64,000 nt of DNA from an uncultured Planctomycetota bacterium (GCA_963719315.1 CAVRBU010000005.1:128001-192000); one strand, 5' to 3'. Positions 48,410 through 60,150 are shown, numbered from the stretch's first letter. Made by a program: numbers and translations. The notes: generated by a model not told the origin, from the sequence alone.

Positions 48410-49830
48410 ATGTCGTCGCTCCAACATTCTGTTTTCGTGGGCCTGATCCTACTGCTTACCAGCCGAACCGCTTTCAGTGGCGAACGGATCGATCTTTCGC
48501 CTCGCGTCAAAGTGAATTCATTCACACACGTGACCATCCAGCTCGAAGCGGGCGGACACAATCTGCTACGTGCCGGAGCCGCAGACGAAGGCTCGAACAA
48601 CGACAAAGACAAGGCAAAAACAGAGGATCAAAAACTCCCCATTAGCGTTGACGCCAAATTGGCTTACGACGAACGACGCCTTGCCGACGCGGCAACGACC
48701 ACCGAGACCGGCGCACTACTCGCCGCTCGCTACTACGACACGGCCGAAGCCGTCATTAAAGTTGGCGATGGCGGCCGCTCGCCAAAACTGCCCGACGACC
48801 GTCGCCTGATCGTGCTCGAACATGCCACACAGCGGCCCGCTTTGTATTGTGCAGACGCGCCCTCTCGCGCGAGGAGCTCGACCTCATCGACGTGGTCGGC
48901 GACTCGCTGACCGTCGATCATCTGCTGCCTGCGAAGCCTGTATCCGAAGGCGATTCCTGGGCCAACGACGCCTCTGTGATGGCGGCCCTGCTCACGCTCG
49001 ATACGGTCGCGGTGTGCGAAGTGCAGAGCGTGCTCGACGAATCCAACGCGGATTTCGCCAAAATCCGGCTCGCCGGCGTTGTTCACGGCACGGCCGACGG
49101 TGCCGCCACGCAGCAGGAGGTCCGCGGCGTGTATCTGTTTGACCGGCGACAACACCGCATCACTCGGCTGAATCTGGCCATTAAGGAGACCCGCTCGATC
49201 GGCGGCGCCACGCCCGGTCTGGAAGCGGTGGCCAAGGTGCAAATCAACATCGCGCCGATTGAAAAGTCCGTCCACCTCGGCGACGAAGCGGTCACCGAGA
49301 TCAAAGGCCACGACCGCACGCCGGCCCGCGATCTGTCGTTCGAAGCGCCCACCCTGGGCTTCCGCGTGAAACTCGACCGCCAGTGGTACGTAACGGCCGA
49401 GGGCCGCGAATCCGTCACATTACGTCGCGTGGACAACGGCGATCTGGCCGCCCAGTGCACGATTACGCTATTACCGTCCAAATCCGAGGGCCGGCAGACT
49501 TCGCTCGAGCAATTCCAAAAGGATATCACCTATTCGCTCGGCAAAAACTTCGGCGAACTAGTCTCGGCCAAACAGTGGCAAAATGCCGCCGGCCTGTATT
49601 GCTATGCTGTCGTCGTCCGCGGCCTCGTTGAGGAATTGCCCGTCGAGTGGCACTATTACTTGGTCGCCCCGGAAAGCGGGGGCCGCGTATCGGTCGTCGC
49701 GACGATCGAGAAGCCGATGCTCGACCGAGTGGCCAACGCCGATCTCGACCTGGTCGAATCGCTGCAACTGTTCCCTGCTATGCCACCGGCGAAAACGGCC
49801 GCGCAACCCACCGTCAAGACCGTGAAGTAG
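48410..49830 (+). CDS. Secreted hypothetical protein, frameshift near 48858
   Basis: Signal peptide; ORFs 48386-48910 and 48847-49830 join (ADAP / LSREELDLI). Confidence 0.7.
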
Positions 49831-49950
49831 TGAATTAGGGCGAGCAACGCCCACCACGAAATGCGGTCTCCATAAGCCCGACTCGATTGGAGCCCATCGT
49901 TGTACCGCATCGATATCATTGGTCGGCATCGCGCTCGACATTCAGCTTCG

Positions 49951-50071
49951 GGTAGTGCCCTAATTCGCGGCACAACAACCTGCAGCACGGACTTCAGTCC
50001 GTGATTCTCGTACGGGCTGAAGTCCGTGCTGCATGTTTCCGGTCCGAACGGAGTCAAATTAGGGCACTACC
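49951..50071. mobile_element. 121-bp MITE with IS1-like ends containing a REP doublet
   Basis: TIR GGTAGTGCCCTAATT (49951-49965, 50057-50071); TSD CAGCTTCG (49943-49950, 50072-50079). Confidence 0.88.
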
Positions 50072-50177
50072 CAGCTTCGGACATCCTGACTTTCGCCCGC
50101 TCCTTCCGGTATAATCTTCAAGATACTGCTCGCCGGGCTGCCAACCGATTTCTTCTGGGCACGAATAACCAGGTTAA

Positions 50178-50864
50178 GTGATGCAAATCAGAGCGGAAAA
50201 CGATCCTCGCTACTCGCGCAAATTCCTGATCATGGGAATTTGCGCCGTGGGCTTCGCCCTTTACTGTCTATACGACGGTCTGGTCGGCTACCCGGCCCGA
50301 GAGCTGAAAGGTTTTATCCAGTTCAAAACCGACTACGCGAAGGACTTCGCCGATGCCAACCACAAAGAATTGAGTTTGGCTCAATTCGAAGAGAGCGCCG
50401 ACCAAGATCAACGCCTAAAGTGGGAGCAATACGCCGAATCAGGCGATATCCCCACCAAGCCAAAGATTGTCACGCAGTTCATCATGGCCACCGTCGCGGC
50501 GCTCGCCGGCTTGGCGCTTCTGTCGATTCCGCTCCGCGCCCGCGGTCGCTGGATTGAAGCCAACGACTCGGGCATTACGTCCAGTTGGGGCGAAAGTTTC
50601 CAGTTCGACGAGGTGGAGCTCGTCAACAAGCGCAATTGGCGCAAAAAAGGCATCGCCAAAGTTACCTACGTCGCCGGCGGCCGCAGACGCAACTTCGTGA
50701 TCGACGATTACAAGTTCGACCGCTACCCGACGGACGCGATTCTGTACGAACTGGAGCAGCGAATCGACCAGGGACGAATCACCAACGGCCCGCCCGAGCC
50801 GCCGCCCGCGGATCACAGCGAGGAAGCCGGCGCCATGCAAGTTGCGTCGGAAGATCTAAAGTAA
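50178..50864 (+). CDS. Hypothetical two-TM membrane protein
   Basis: Two hydrophobic helices; host-like codon usage. Confidence 0.8.
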   Translation: MMQIRAENDPRYSRKFLIMGICAVGFALYCLYDGLVGYPARELKGFIQFKTDYAKDFADANHKELSLAQFEESADQDQRLKWEQYAESGDIPTKPKIVTQFIMATVAALAGLALLSIPLRARGRWIEANDSGITSSWGESFQFDEVELVNKRNWRKKGIAKVTYVAGGRRRNFVIDDYKFDRYPTDAILYELEQRIDQGRITNGPPEPPPADHSEEAGAMQVASEDLK

Positions 50865-51164
50865 TGGCCAGACTCCCAGGCCCTTTGGCAAACCTTGATA
50901 ACTGGTTTCTTATCGAGAATTCCGCCACCTCCGGGCGGCGAGCGGCCGCGGCCAAAAAAAACTCGTTCGGCATTCCTTGTCAAAGCCCTTGGATCGTAGT
51001 ACGATTGACGCCCGCCGCGGGTAACCTGACTTAAGATCGGCCTACCCAGGCTCTACTCTGATCGACTCGCTCTGCGACCATTTCGCTTGCGCCAAGGAGT
51101 TGCCAATTCATTGCACAACGAGCGCTTTCTTTTTCTCTTCAACCCACTTAACAAGGTAATCGCC

Positions 51165-51551
51165 ATGCCCCCGTCCACCCCCTACGACGAAATCAAGGCT
51201 GCGATCGAAGACGAAACGACTATACCATCCTGGGCGATCCAGGCGTACTACGACGCCGAAACTGAGTTCCGCACGTTTTTGGCCTATGTACTCGGTAAAA
51301 GTCACGCGCATCCGGGCCAGCGCAAATCTGTCTTGGCGTACCAATATGGCGGGCCGCACACGTCGACGGACGACTCCAAGAAATGGCGGTGCTTCAAAGT
51401 AGATTCCTTTAGTTCGCTGTCAAGAATCCCATTTGTTCCCACCCCGGGACTCACTATTCCACCTCCGCTCACGCCGGAGCAACTGAGCAGGCAGAACTGC
51501 GTCGATATTCCAGGTGGCCGCATCGTCCGAAAGGTGATTTACAAACCGTAG
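51165..51551 (+). CDS. Hypothetical protein, possibly a stand-alone WYL-like domain
   Basis: R.F.AYVLG...VLAYQYGG...WRCFKVD pattern. Confidence 0.55.
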   Translation: MPPSTPYDEIKAAIEDETTIPSWAIQAYYDAETEFRTFLAYVLGKSHAHPGQRKSVLAYQYGGPHTSTDDSKKWRCFKVDSFSSLSRIPFVPTPGLTIPPPLTPEQLSRQNCVDIPGGRIVRKVIYKP

Positions 51552-51891
51552 TTCGAGATTCAATCGGAATGACTTTGAACAACGACCAAAAGATTAAGAC
51601 CTATCCCATTATCTCAGGGAATGCTGCAATTGCAGTGCTATCAATTGATTCTGGGATAGGCTCAAAGAAATCAATCATCAAAGCATCCTGTTCACGGAGT
51701 TTTTATCAAATGAACAGCCAAATGATCGCGGCGTGGGGTCGCCAAAATAATGCTTCAGCCGCGGCTCTTGCGGCCGCGCGGGCCAGGTTGGCGGAGTCTC
51801 ACGCTCGCTACGAACGCCGCACGGAGCCGACCAAAGCCATTTATTACCCTTCCAGAATAGATGGGCGCCTGCCGAACAATGCCTCGACGAC

Positions 51892-52503
51892 ATGTGCATT
51901 AAGTCGCTGGACGCCATCGTGACGCGGAACCACTATGGCAGCATCGTGTTGAATGCCCGTCATGCTCTTTTCATCGATGTGGACATGCCCGAAACGAGCA
52001 ACCCACCTCGACAGGCCAGCGAGTTCCGCAGTCGACAGCCCGGACCATGGCAGACCACGTTCAACGATCTTTGCACGGTGTTGGGGAGCGAGCCAGACAC
52101 CGGGTTTCGGATATATCGCACGGCCGCGGGCTTCCGCATTCTCGCGACCACACACGAGTTCGAACCTGGATCGGAATCCGCAAGGGGGCTGATGACTTCC
52201 GTAGGCGCGGATGACGCATTCGTTCGCTTGTGTGGCACTCAGAAAACATTTCGAGCCCGCCTTACGCCCAAACCGTGGCGGTGTGGCGCAACAGAGCCGC
52301 CAAACCAGTTCCCGCGCGAGTCGCTCGATGAGCGGCGGTGCTTCGACGAATGGCTCACACAATACGAGCGCGCCTGCACCCATCGCGCGACATGCCAGTT
52401 TCTGGGGCAGATCGGCCCGGCTGAAACACATACGCACGTTGCCCCCATCATCGAGTTCCACGATCGGCAAACCAAGGCCTTCCAAGCGTTTGAACTAGCG
52501 TAA
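51892..52503 (+). CDS. Hypothetical protein (5' end probably broken)
   Basis: TRNHYG..VLN...FIDVD, YRTAAGFR, FRARLTPKPWR. Confidence 0.65.
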   Translation: MCIKSLDAIVTRNHYGSIVLNARHALFIDVDMPETSNPPRQASEFRSRQPGPWQTTFNDLCTVLGSEPDTGFRIYRTAAGFRILATTHEFEPGSESARGLMTSVGADDAFVRLCGTQKTFRARLTPKPWRCGATEPPNQFPRESLDERRCFDEWLTQYERACTHRATCQFLGQIGPAETHTHVAPIIEFHDRQTKAFQAFELA

Positions 52504-52513
52504 TTACACTCCA

Positions 52514-55500
52514 CTACCGACCTTTCTCAAGCGTCGTCAATTCCTCCTGCGCCTTCAGCCATTCCGACTGCGTCAACCGCCGCGGTTCAAGCATGTCATC
52601 CAATTGAAAGCCGCTTTGCGCCCTGGCCCACGCGCGAACGAATCGCGGATTATCCGGCAACTTCCGTGGAACATCGTAGAATCGCGCCGTGCCATCGACG
52701 CATCGGAACAGAATCACCGAACCCTCGGGGTTGAACAGGCAATCGTTCACCGCAACCTCGTATTGCATGGGTCGCGCCAGCCGCTTGGAACTCAAAACGT
52801 CCCACAGATTCGCCGATCCGTCGTTGCAGATCGTGACCGCAATTCGACCACCCGGGCTCAACGCGACTTTCGATATCCGGTCCGAATGCGGCAGCGGCGG
52901 ACCGAGCGCCAGTCCCGTCTCAGCATTCCACAGGCGGGCTTTTTGATCATCGCTGCCGCTGAGAATCGTGCTCCCTTCTCGACTTATGGTCACTGAATTC
53001 ACAATGCCGTTGTGCTGAAATGATTTTCCGGCAACGCCCGTGCGACTGTCCCACACACGCACCTGCTGATCGCGGCCGCCAGTCACGATTATCCGACCAT
53101 CGCGGCGAAAGGCGGCAACCATGATTCGGCTGTCGTGGTGCAGCGGCTGTGCTGCGGGCTTTCCCGTCTCGAGGCTCCAGACTTGAGCTGTAACGATTTC
53201 GCCCTTGGTGTACCCCACGAGGACCGTCTGTCCATCAGGGCTGCTGGCGAGAACTGCTCTCGAGGCATCAAATTGCAAAGGATTCAAGCGCAGGTCTCCG
53301 GATGGAAAAGCGCGCAATTCAACCGTGAGGGAGGTCTCGTTTGCGCAATGGACGAGCACTCCTTTTCCATCCTCCGTAAAGACCATGTCTTGCACTTCGA
53401 GCTGAAACTTCCAGGGTTCGCCGCGCGGTTCGCCCGTTTGGGCATTCCAGCGCTGTACTCGATTAGCGCTGCCTGTAAGTAAAGTTCTGCCATCCGGACT
53501 GAAAACCACGGTCCGCACTGGGGCGTCATGCGGCAAGGGACTCGCGAGCGACTGAGCAGTCCGGGAGTCCCAGAGACGTGCTGTTTTGTCTTCGCCGCCG
53601 GTCAGCACAACGCGGCCGTCCGGACTGAAAACCGCGGCCTGAATGGCGCCTTGGTGCCGCAGAATTTTGCCGCCACTATCGCTAATATTCCACAGGCGAA
53701 CGGTCCAATCGGCACTCCCCGTCAAGGCTGTATTGCCGTCCGGACTGAACGCGGCGGTCATGACCCAGCCACCATGCTGTAATGGTTCTCCAATCGGCCT
53801 TCCGGTTTCGCTGTCCCACAATCGCGCCGTGTTATCGTGACTTCCGCTGAGCACCTTGCGGCCATCGGGGCTGAACGCCACCGCGTAGACGTTTTTTGTG
53901 TGGGCTGTCAGGTCCACAATGAGCTGTCTCGTTTCGGCGTCCCACAGTCGTGCGGCACTATCGGAGCTTCCGGTAAGCAGTTTGCTGCCGTCCGGACTGA
54001 ATGCGACCGCGTAAGTGGCACGATCTGGAATCGTAGGCAGTACGACTTGAAGAGCTGCTCCCAGTCGTTTTTTCGATGGCACACTCCATAATTGGGCTGT
54101 TCCACCCAACGTCCCGGTCAGCAAAGACTGGCCATCCGGATGAAAAGCAATGCCATAGACCATGCCGCTGTGCTCGAGCGGGTCTCCCATCGGCTCGCCC
54201 GAGGGCGCCTTCCACAATCGGACCATGCTGTCCCGGCCCCCTGTTGCGACGATTCCATCCCGACTGAACGCCACGGCCCAGATCTGGCGCAAGACCCCGT
54301 CCTGCAAGTGCTGCATGGGATCTCCCACGCCAGTTCTCGTTCGGCAATCCCACAACTTGGCCGTTCCGTCTTCACTCCCCGTCAATGCCAGCCTCCCGTC
54401 CGGACTAAACGCGACGGCTCGCACGGAACCATCGTGCGGCAACGGATCTCCGATCGGCATTAGTGTCTGGGCATCCCAAAAGCGTGCCGGGCAGTCGCGG
54501 TCATGGCCGCCGATGAGAATCGTCCTGCCATCGGGGCTAAACGCCGTGGCCAGAACAGCACCGTTCTGCACAATGGGATGCCCGCTGTCGCGAGACCAGC
54601 CGGAGAGCAAGCTGCGGATGGAGCTGCGCAGATGACTCTCGGAGCCAGTCACCTCCTCGTCGCTCGCCGAGAGCTCGTAGGCCCGCGACAGCAAGGCGAT
54701 TCCCTCGGCTATTCTCCCGGCGTTGTATTCTTCGCCAGCGCGCTGAAATAGATTGCCGGCCATTTCATTCTGAACTTCGAGCCGACGGAGCTCCGACTCG
54801 CGTCGCAGTCGACTTTGGCGTACCGCGATGATTGGAGCGATGATCGAAATCGTGACCAGAACCAGCAGTAAAAGAGCAGCTAGCCCCGTTACGTCTGGAT
54901 GGCGTTTGCACCATCGCCAGCCGCGCTCGATCCGCCCCACAGGCCGCGCCAGAATCGGCTCATCCGAGAGATATCGCCTCAAATCGTCGCTCAGTTCGCG
55001 GGCCGTTTGGTACCGCTTCGCCGGGTCCTTTTCGAGGCATTTTAGCGCGATCGTTTCCAGGTCACGGGGCACGTTGGAATCGAGCTTCCGCAGGCTGGGC
55101 GGCTCTTCATCCAAAATCTGCAAGAGCAGCATCCGGATCTCGCCCCGGAAGGGCAGCTCGTTCGTGAGCAGTTTGAATAGAATCACTCCCAAAGAATAAA
55201 TGTCGCTGCGACGATCGGCCCGATGTCCCTCGCCGCGGGCTTGCTCGGGAGGCATGTAGGCGGGCGTGCCTAATAACTGTCCTTCGACCGTTACCGTCAT
55301 TTCGCCGATCTCGCGACGCGCCAGGCCGAAATCGATCACGTAGGGCTCGCCACCGCGATCCAGCATGATATTGCTCGGCTTGACATCGCGATGCACCACG
55401 CCTGCCTCGTGCGCGTGGTGCAGGGCCTCAGCGATCTTGATCACCATTTCGGCAGCCTCGCGAGACGTTAATCGCCGGCCACTGAGCCATTCGCTGAGAC

Positions 55501-55978
55501 TGGCCCCGTCGATGAAGTCAGAGACGATGTAAACCGTTTCCCCTTCTCGTCCCACTTCGTGCACACTCGCGATGCGAGGGTGCTTCAACTGGGCCGCTGC
55601 CCGCGCGTTGCGCAGAAACAGCTCCGTCTCGTGTGAATCAAGCTGCCGCTGCCGGGGAATCTTGACGGCCACATTCCGCTGCAGTTGCGTATCGCGGGCC
55701 TTCCACACGCTCCCGAAACGTCCGCTGCCAACTTCCCGCAACAGCTCGAATCGACCCAGCACCTTCACGCCCGGCCGGTACGAACACGTCGTATCGACGC
55801 TAGCCAGGCTGAAATCTTTGCCGCAGGTAGGGCAGGCGATTTCAGACCATGACATCTCCCCGTCGGACTCGAACGCAGCCAGACAAAATGGGCAACGAAT
55901 CTCCATACGGGCCACCAGACGGCGCAAGCCACCAGGAAGCGGTGGGTCAATACCGTTGATTATCAGTTCGTGACTCAT
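52514..55978 (-). CDS. Ser/Thr protein kinase with Zn ribbon, TM and WD40 repeats
   Basis: CPFC..CPTC, GSGRFG, HRDVKPSN, DFG, GTPAYMPPE, about 14 WD repeats; start may be 55906. Confidence 0.95.
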   Translation of the reverse strand: MSHELIINGIDPPLPGGLRRLVARMEIRCPFCLAAFESDGEMSWSEIACPTCGKDFSLASVDTTCSYRPGVKVLGRFELLREVGSGRFGSVWKARDTQLQRNVAVKIPRQRQLDSHETELFLRNARAAAQLKHPRIASVHEVGREGETVYIVSDFIDGASLSEWLSGRRLTSREAAEMVIKIAEALHHAHEAGVVHRDVKPSNIMLDRGGEPYVIDFGLARREIGEMTVTVEGQLLGTPAYMPPEQARGEGHRADRRSDIYSLGVILFKLLTNELPFRGEIRMLLLQILDEEPPSLRKLDSNVPRDLETIALKCLEKDPAKRYQTARELSDDLRRYLSDEPILARPVGRIERGWRWCKRHPDVTGLAALLLLVLVTISIIAPIIAVRQSRLRRESELRRLEVQNEMAGNLFQRAGEEYNAGRIAEGIALLSRAYELSASDEEVTGSESHLRSSIRSLLSGWSRDSGHPIVQNGAVLATAFSPDGRTILIGGHDRDCPARFWDAQTLMPIGDPLPHDGSVRAVAFSPDGRLALTGSEDGTAKLWDCRTRTGVGDPMQHLQDGVLRQIWAVAFSRDGIVATGGRDSMVRLWKAPSGEPMGDPLEHSGMVYGIAFHPDGQSLLTGTLGGTAQLWSVPSKKRLGAALQVVLPTIPDRATYAVAFSPDGSKLLTGSSDSAARLWDAETRQLIVDLTAHTKNVYAVAFSPDGRKVLSGSHDNTARLWDSETGRPIGEPLQHGGWVMTAAFSPDGNTALTGSADWTVRLWNISDSGGKILRHQGAIQAAVFSPDGRVVLTGGEDKTARLWDSRTAQSLASPLPHDAPVRTVVFSPDGRTLLTGSANRVQRWNAQTGEPRGEPWKFQLEVQDMVFTEDGKGVLVHCANETSLTVELRAFPSGDLRLNPLQFDASRAVLASSPDGQTVLVGYTKGEIVTAQVWSLETGKPAAQPLHHDSRIMVAAFRRDGRIIVTGGRDQQVRVWDSRTGVAGKSFQHNGIVNSVTISREGSTILSGSDDQKARLWNAETGLALGPPLPHSDRISKVALSPGGRIAVTICNDGSANLWDVLSSKRLARPMQYEVAVNDCLFNPEGSVILFRCVDGTARFYDVPRKLPDNPRFVRAWARAQSGFQLDDMLEPRRLTQSEWLKAQEELTTLEKGR

Positions 55979-56221
55979 CGCAAGCAACTAGGCCGCGATT
56001 GCATTGACAATTAGGTCGTTCGTGAGGTTCGGGGATACGCTTTGCGTTTGATAGCGTGTTCCGAGGCTACATTTCGGCCCCAAAATTCCGCTGGCAGCCG
56101 CCGGCTTATTTCAGTAGAGTTCGTCCCCGTTTGGTCGATAACGAGAAGGGGTATTTTGCGCCGACGCGGCGAACGAAAATGCCCTTATCAGTGCATATTT
56201 GATAAGAAATGAGGCGTTGCC

Positions 56222-56914
56222 ATGTGCTCGCTTGAATTCGGTTCCTCGCGCCGGTTGATCGTCTTGATTGCCGTATCCGTTGCGGCCGTAGTGTACGCAC
56301 AGCCCGCCACGGCTCAGTACGTCTACCAGCCGGCGCCCGACTACTACCACAATGATACGGCCTCCGGCACGTTCCTCGGCGGCGCCATGGGCGCAATTAC
56401 CGGCGCGATCATTGGCGGCAAACACCACGGCGGCCAGGACGCCCTCATCGGCGCCGGCGTCGGCGCGGTGACGGGCAATCTGCTCGGCCGATCGAAGGAC
56501 GCCCAGGATGATCGCCGCGCGGCGGCCGGCGCGGCGGCAGTTGGCCAACTAAACCAGCAAGCTGCGGCCATGGCCGTTACGAATTACGATCTGTTGCAAA
56601 TGTCCCACGCCGGAATTAGCGACGACGTCATCATCAGCACGATGCGTTCTCGCGGCGCGCGAATCGACTTGAGTCCCCAAGCTCTGATCGCGCTCAAGCA
56701 GCAGGGCGTTAGCGACCGAGTCGTCGTGGCAGCCCAACAATTGGGAGCGGCGCCCGGTTACTTTCCGCCGACCACGGGAACGACCACGGTGATTAGTGAA
56801 GTACCACCCCCACCGGCTGTGATCGTCGCACCAGCCTACCGGCCGTACGGCTACTACTATCCCCGGCCGTACTACTACCACCATCCGCACACTTACGTGC
56901 GGGTTGGGTTCTAA
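56222..56914 (+). CDS. Glycine-zipper secreted protein
   Basis: Signal peptide, GGAMGAITGAIIG / GAGVGAVTG. Confidence 0.85.
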   Translation: MCSLEFGSSRRLIVLIAVSVAAVVYAQPATAQYVYQPAPDYYHNDTASGTFLGGAMGAITGAIIGGKHHGGQDALIGAGVGAVTGNLLGRSKDAQDDRRAAAGAAAVGQLNQQAAAMAVTNYDLLQMSHAGISDDVIISTMRSRGARIDLSPQALIALKQQGVSDRVVVAAQQLGAAPGYFPPTTGTTTVISEVPPPPAVIVAPAYRPYGYYYPRPYYYHHPHTYVRVGF

Positions 56915-58152
56915 ACCGTCTCAGCCAGCATCGGTTCGATCCGCTCCGCTTTGGCGATCACCACCACGCCGCCGGGCGAAACCACGAAGCCGCGGGCCTC
57001 GTCTTCTTCCGCGTCGAAGCCCACGCGGAAGCCCTCGGGAATCGCGACACCCTTGTCGATGATGGCCCGCCGAATCTTGGCATTGCGGCCGATATTCACC
57101 CGCGAAAACAAGATCGAATCCTCGATCTCCGCGTAACTGTTCACGCGCGTTTGCGGCCCGATGATCGTTCGCGAAACGCGCCCGCCGGAAACGATTGCGC
57201 CGGGACATACGATGCTATCGTGCGCCTCGCCGCACCGATCGTTCGAATCGAACACAAACTTCGACGGCGGCAGATTCGGCTGATACGTCCGCACCGGCCA
57301 GTGGTCATCGTACATGTTGAGCTGCGGCTCGACCGCCGTCAGCTCGATGTTTGCCTGGTAGTACGAGTCGATCGAGCCGACGTCGCGCCAATACGCGTCG
57401 CGCTTGCGGTTCTCATCCATAAACGGATACGCCTGCACGCGGCAATTGCGAATCATCGAGGGGATGATGTTCCAGCCGAAGTCGTGGGCGCTATCCGGCA
57501 GCGTCGCGTCTTTGCACAGCTCATCAAACAAATAGTGGGCGTTGAATACGTAAATCCCCATCGACGCCAAACAGAAGTCCGGGTTGCCGGGGATCGTTTT
57601 CGGCTCGGCCGGCTTCTCTTCGAAACCGACCACCCGATTGCTTTGATCGACCTGCATGATGCCGAATTGCCGGGCCGCCTCCTTGGCCCTCACCCGCAGC
57701 GCGGCGATCGTGGCGTCGGCGTTCGCCTCCTGATGGCAAGCAACCAACTTGCTGTAATCCATCTTGTAAATATGGTCGCCGGCCAGGATCACGACATATC
57801 GCGGCCGTTCCTTTTCGAGCGTGTAGATATTCTGGTAAACCGCGTCGGCCGTGCCCTGGTACCACTGCTCATCAATCCGCTGTTGCGGCGGCACGACGTC
57901 GATGAACTCGCCCAGCTCGCGGCACAAATAATTCCGCCAGCCGAGCGTGATGTGCCGGTCGAGGCTCATCGCCTTGTACTGCGTGAGCACCAGAATGCGG
58001 CGTAGCCCGCTGTTCAGACAATTCGAGAGCGTGAAATCGACGATCCGATAAATACCGCCAAACGGCACGGCCGGCTTGGCCCGATCGCGCGTCAACGGCC
58101 CCAACCGCGACCCCTTCCCCCCCGCCAGTACGACGGCCAATACATCCTTCAT
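56911..58152 (-). CDS. glgC: Glucose-1-phosphate adenylyltransferase
   Basis: LAGGKGSRL, RAKPAVPFGG, WYQGTADAV, SMGIY. Confidence 0.97.
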   Translation of the reverse strand: MKDVLAVVLAGGKGSRLGPLTRDRAKPAVPFGGIYRIVDFTLSNCLNSGLRRILVLTQYKAMSLDRHITLGWRNYLCRELGEFIDVVPPQQRIDEQWYQGTADAVYQNIYTLEKERPRYVVILAGDHIYKMDYSKLVACHQEANADATIAALRVRAKEAARQFGIMQVDQSNRVVGFEEKPAEPKTIPGNPDFCLASMGIYVFNAHYLFDELCKDATLPDSAHDFGWNIIPSMIRNCRVQAYPFMDENRKRDAYWRDVGSIDSYYQANIELTAVEPQLNMYDDHWPVRTYQPNLPPSKFVFDSNDRCGEAHDSIVCPGAIVSGGRVSRTIIGPQTRVNSYAEIEDSILFSRVNIGRNAKIRRAIIDKGVAIPEGFRVGFDAEEDEARGFVVSPGGVVVIAKAERIEPMLAETV

Positions 58153-58283
58153 CGTGCGTATTCCTTTCGGGATGACGTCGTTCTCGGCAGATACTTGCAA
58201 GCACACCGCCCGACGCCCGATGAGTCATTCTATCGCAACATGTGCTACGGCCAAAGGTCTTACTCTCTCTTCGGCGTATCGCG

Positions 58284-60137
58284 TCAGAAATCTGTGAGCG
58301 ACCGTGGTCGCACCGCAACGCGCAGGGCATTAATTACCGCCACGACATCGATTACCTCCTGCGTAATCGCCCCGGCAACGGGCGGCAGATAGCCGGCAGC
58401 GGCAAACAACATGCCCACAATGCTCGCAGCCATACCAAAAAATGCGCTTTGGAGCGCGATCCGTCGCATCCGCTGGCTGATATGCATGAACTCGTCGACC
58501 TTGGTGAGCGAGCTGTCCATAATGACTACATCGGCTGCCTCGGTCGTCACGTCGCTGTTCTGCCCGAATGCAATGCCAACAGTTGCGGCCGTGAGGGCCG
58601 GTGCGTCGTTAATGCCATCGCCGACAAAAATCGTTCTGGCTTTCGCTGTTTCTGCGCGGACGATCTCCAGCTTTTCGCCGGGGCTCTTGCCCGCCTCGAT
58701 TTCGCGAATGCCGACCAGATCGGCCAAGTACTTCGCCTCGGAAGCACGATCGCCCGAAACCAGCATAATGCGTTCTATCTGATGCCGCGGACGCAGGTGG
58801 TCGATAAATGACACGCCTTCACGGCGTGGTGCATCGCGGAAACGATAAGTCGCGGCGTAGCGGTCATCCACAAGTATGACGCATTCCAGTCCTCCGGCCT
58901 GCGGAGGCAGGGAACCAGCTTCATCCGGCCGCTCGGCGGTGAATTGTTTTCGGCTAGTAAGTCGCACCCTTCGGGCGGCCACGATTCCCACCATGCCCTG
59001 GCCCGGCGGTTCGCTGACTTCCGCCACTTCGTGCATCGTCACGCCGCGCTCCCTGCCGGCGTGGACAATCGCCTCGGCCAGTGGGTGCTTCGAGAATTGC
59101 TCTACGCTAGCGACAAGTGACAAAACATCGGTTGCATCCCCACCCGACGCTACGACCTGTTCGACGAGCTTTGGCCGCCCGTACGTGAGCGTGCCTGTTT
59201 TGTCGAAGATCATCGTACGGCAAGTGCTCACGGTCTCTAATGCGGCCGGGTCGCGGACCACGATTGCCCGTTTGGCAGCCAGCGAAATCGACCCTATAAC
59301 TGCCACAGGAATGGCAATTAACAAAGGGCACGGCGTGGCAACGACGATGACTGCCAGAAACCGCACCGCATCGCTGCTGCCCCACCAAGCGGCAATACCA
59401 ATCAATAGCGCGATCGGCGTGTACCAAGCGCCCAACTGATCGCCCAACCTACGGATTCGCGGCCTTTGCTCTTGCGACGTGAGCATGACTCGCATCACGT
59501 TGGCGTATCGGGAGTCCACAGCCAGACGCTCGCTCCGAATCGTCAGCGCCGAGTCTCCATTGACCGCTCCGGAAAGAACTGATGCTCCGGGCGTTTTCGA
59601 AATCATGTACGGCTCGCCCGTCAAATACGATTCATCCATCACGCCGCGCCCGTCAATGACAACGCCATCGATCGGACAGACTTCATGCGGAAAGACGAGC
59701 ACAATATCGCCCACCACAATATCCGCCAAAGGTACATCGTCGATTTTCGAATTCCGTCGGCGATGCGCAACTGTGGGCATTCGCTTGGCAAGCGCTTCGA
59801 GTACCGAGGAGGCACTGCGCACTGCATAGGCTTCTAGTGCTTCGCCGCCGGATAGCATGAGCACCACAAGCGTGGCGGCAAGATACTCTTCGAGAATCAC
59901 TGCAGTAATGATCGAGACGCCCGCGATAAGGTCGGAACCGAACTCACGGCGCGCGAATTTCACCAACAATTCCCAGACCAATGGCACTCCGCCTATCAAC
60001 AACGCGATCCACAGCGGCCAATTCGCCAGATGCTCCAACGGCGTGACAAATCGCAGCACCAGATGAACTGCGATCGCCACAATCGCGATTGATGCGATCG
60101 CAATTTGCTTGAAACGGATGATCGATAGTTTTGGCAC
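58284..60137 (-). CDS. P1B-type heavy-metal ATPase (P1B-5 signature)
   Basis: TGE, TPCP, DKTGT, GDGIND, QEVID; GTG start at 60137 inferred. Confidence 0.93.
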   Translation of the reverse strand: MPKLSIIRFKQIAIASIAIVAIAVHLVLRFVTPLEHLANWPLWIALLIGGVPLVWELLVKFARREFGSDLIAGVSIITAVILEEYLAATLVVLMLSGGEALEAYAVRSASSVLEALAKRMPTVAHRRRNSKIDDVPLADIVVGDIVLVFPHEVCPIDGVVIDGRGVMDESYLTGEPYMISKTPGASVLSGAVNGDSALTIRSERLAVDSRYANVMRVMLTSQEQRPRIRRLGDQLGAWYTPIALLIGIAAWWGSSDAVRFLAVIVVATPCPLLIAIPVAVIGSISLAAKRAIVVRDPAALETVSTCRTMIFDKTGTLTYGRPKLVEQVVASGGDATDVLSLVASVEQFSKHPLAEAIVHAGRERGVTMHEVAEVSEPPGQGMVGIVAARRVRLTSRKQFTAERPDEAGSLPPQAGGLECVILVDDRYAATYRFRDAPRREGVSFIDHLRPRHQIERIMLVSGDRASEAKYLADLVGIREIEAGKSPGEKLEIVRAETAKARTIFVGDGINDAPALTAATVGIAFGQNSDVTTEAADVVIMDSSLTKVDEFMHISQRMRRIALQSAFFGMAASIVGMLFAAAGYLPPVAGAITQEVIDVVAVINALRVAVRPRSLTDF

Positions 60138-60150
60138 ATCTGTCACAGCA

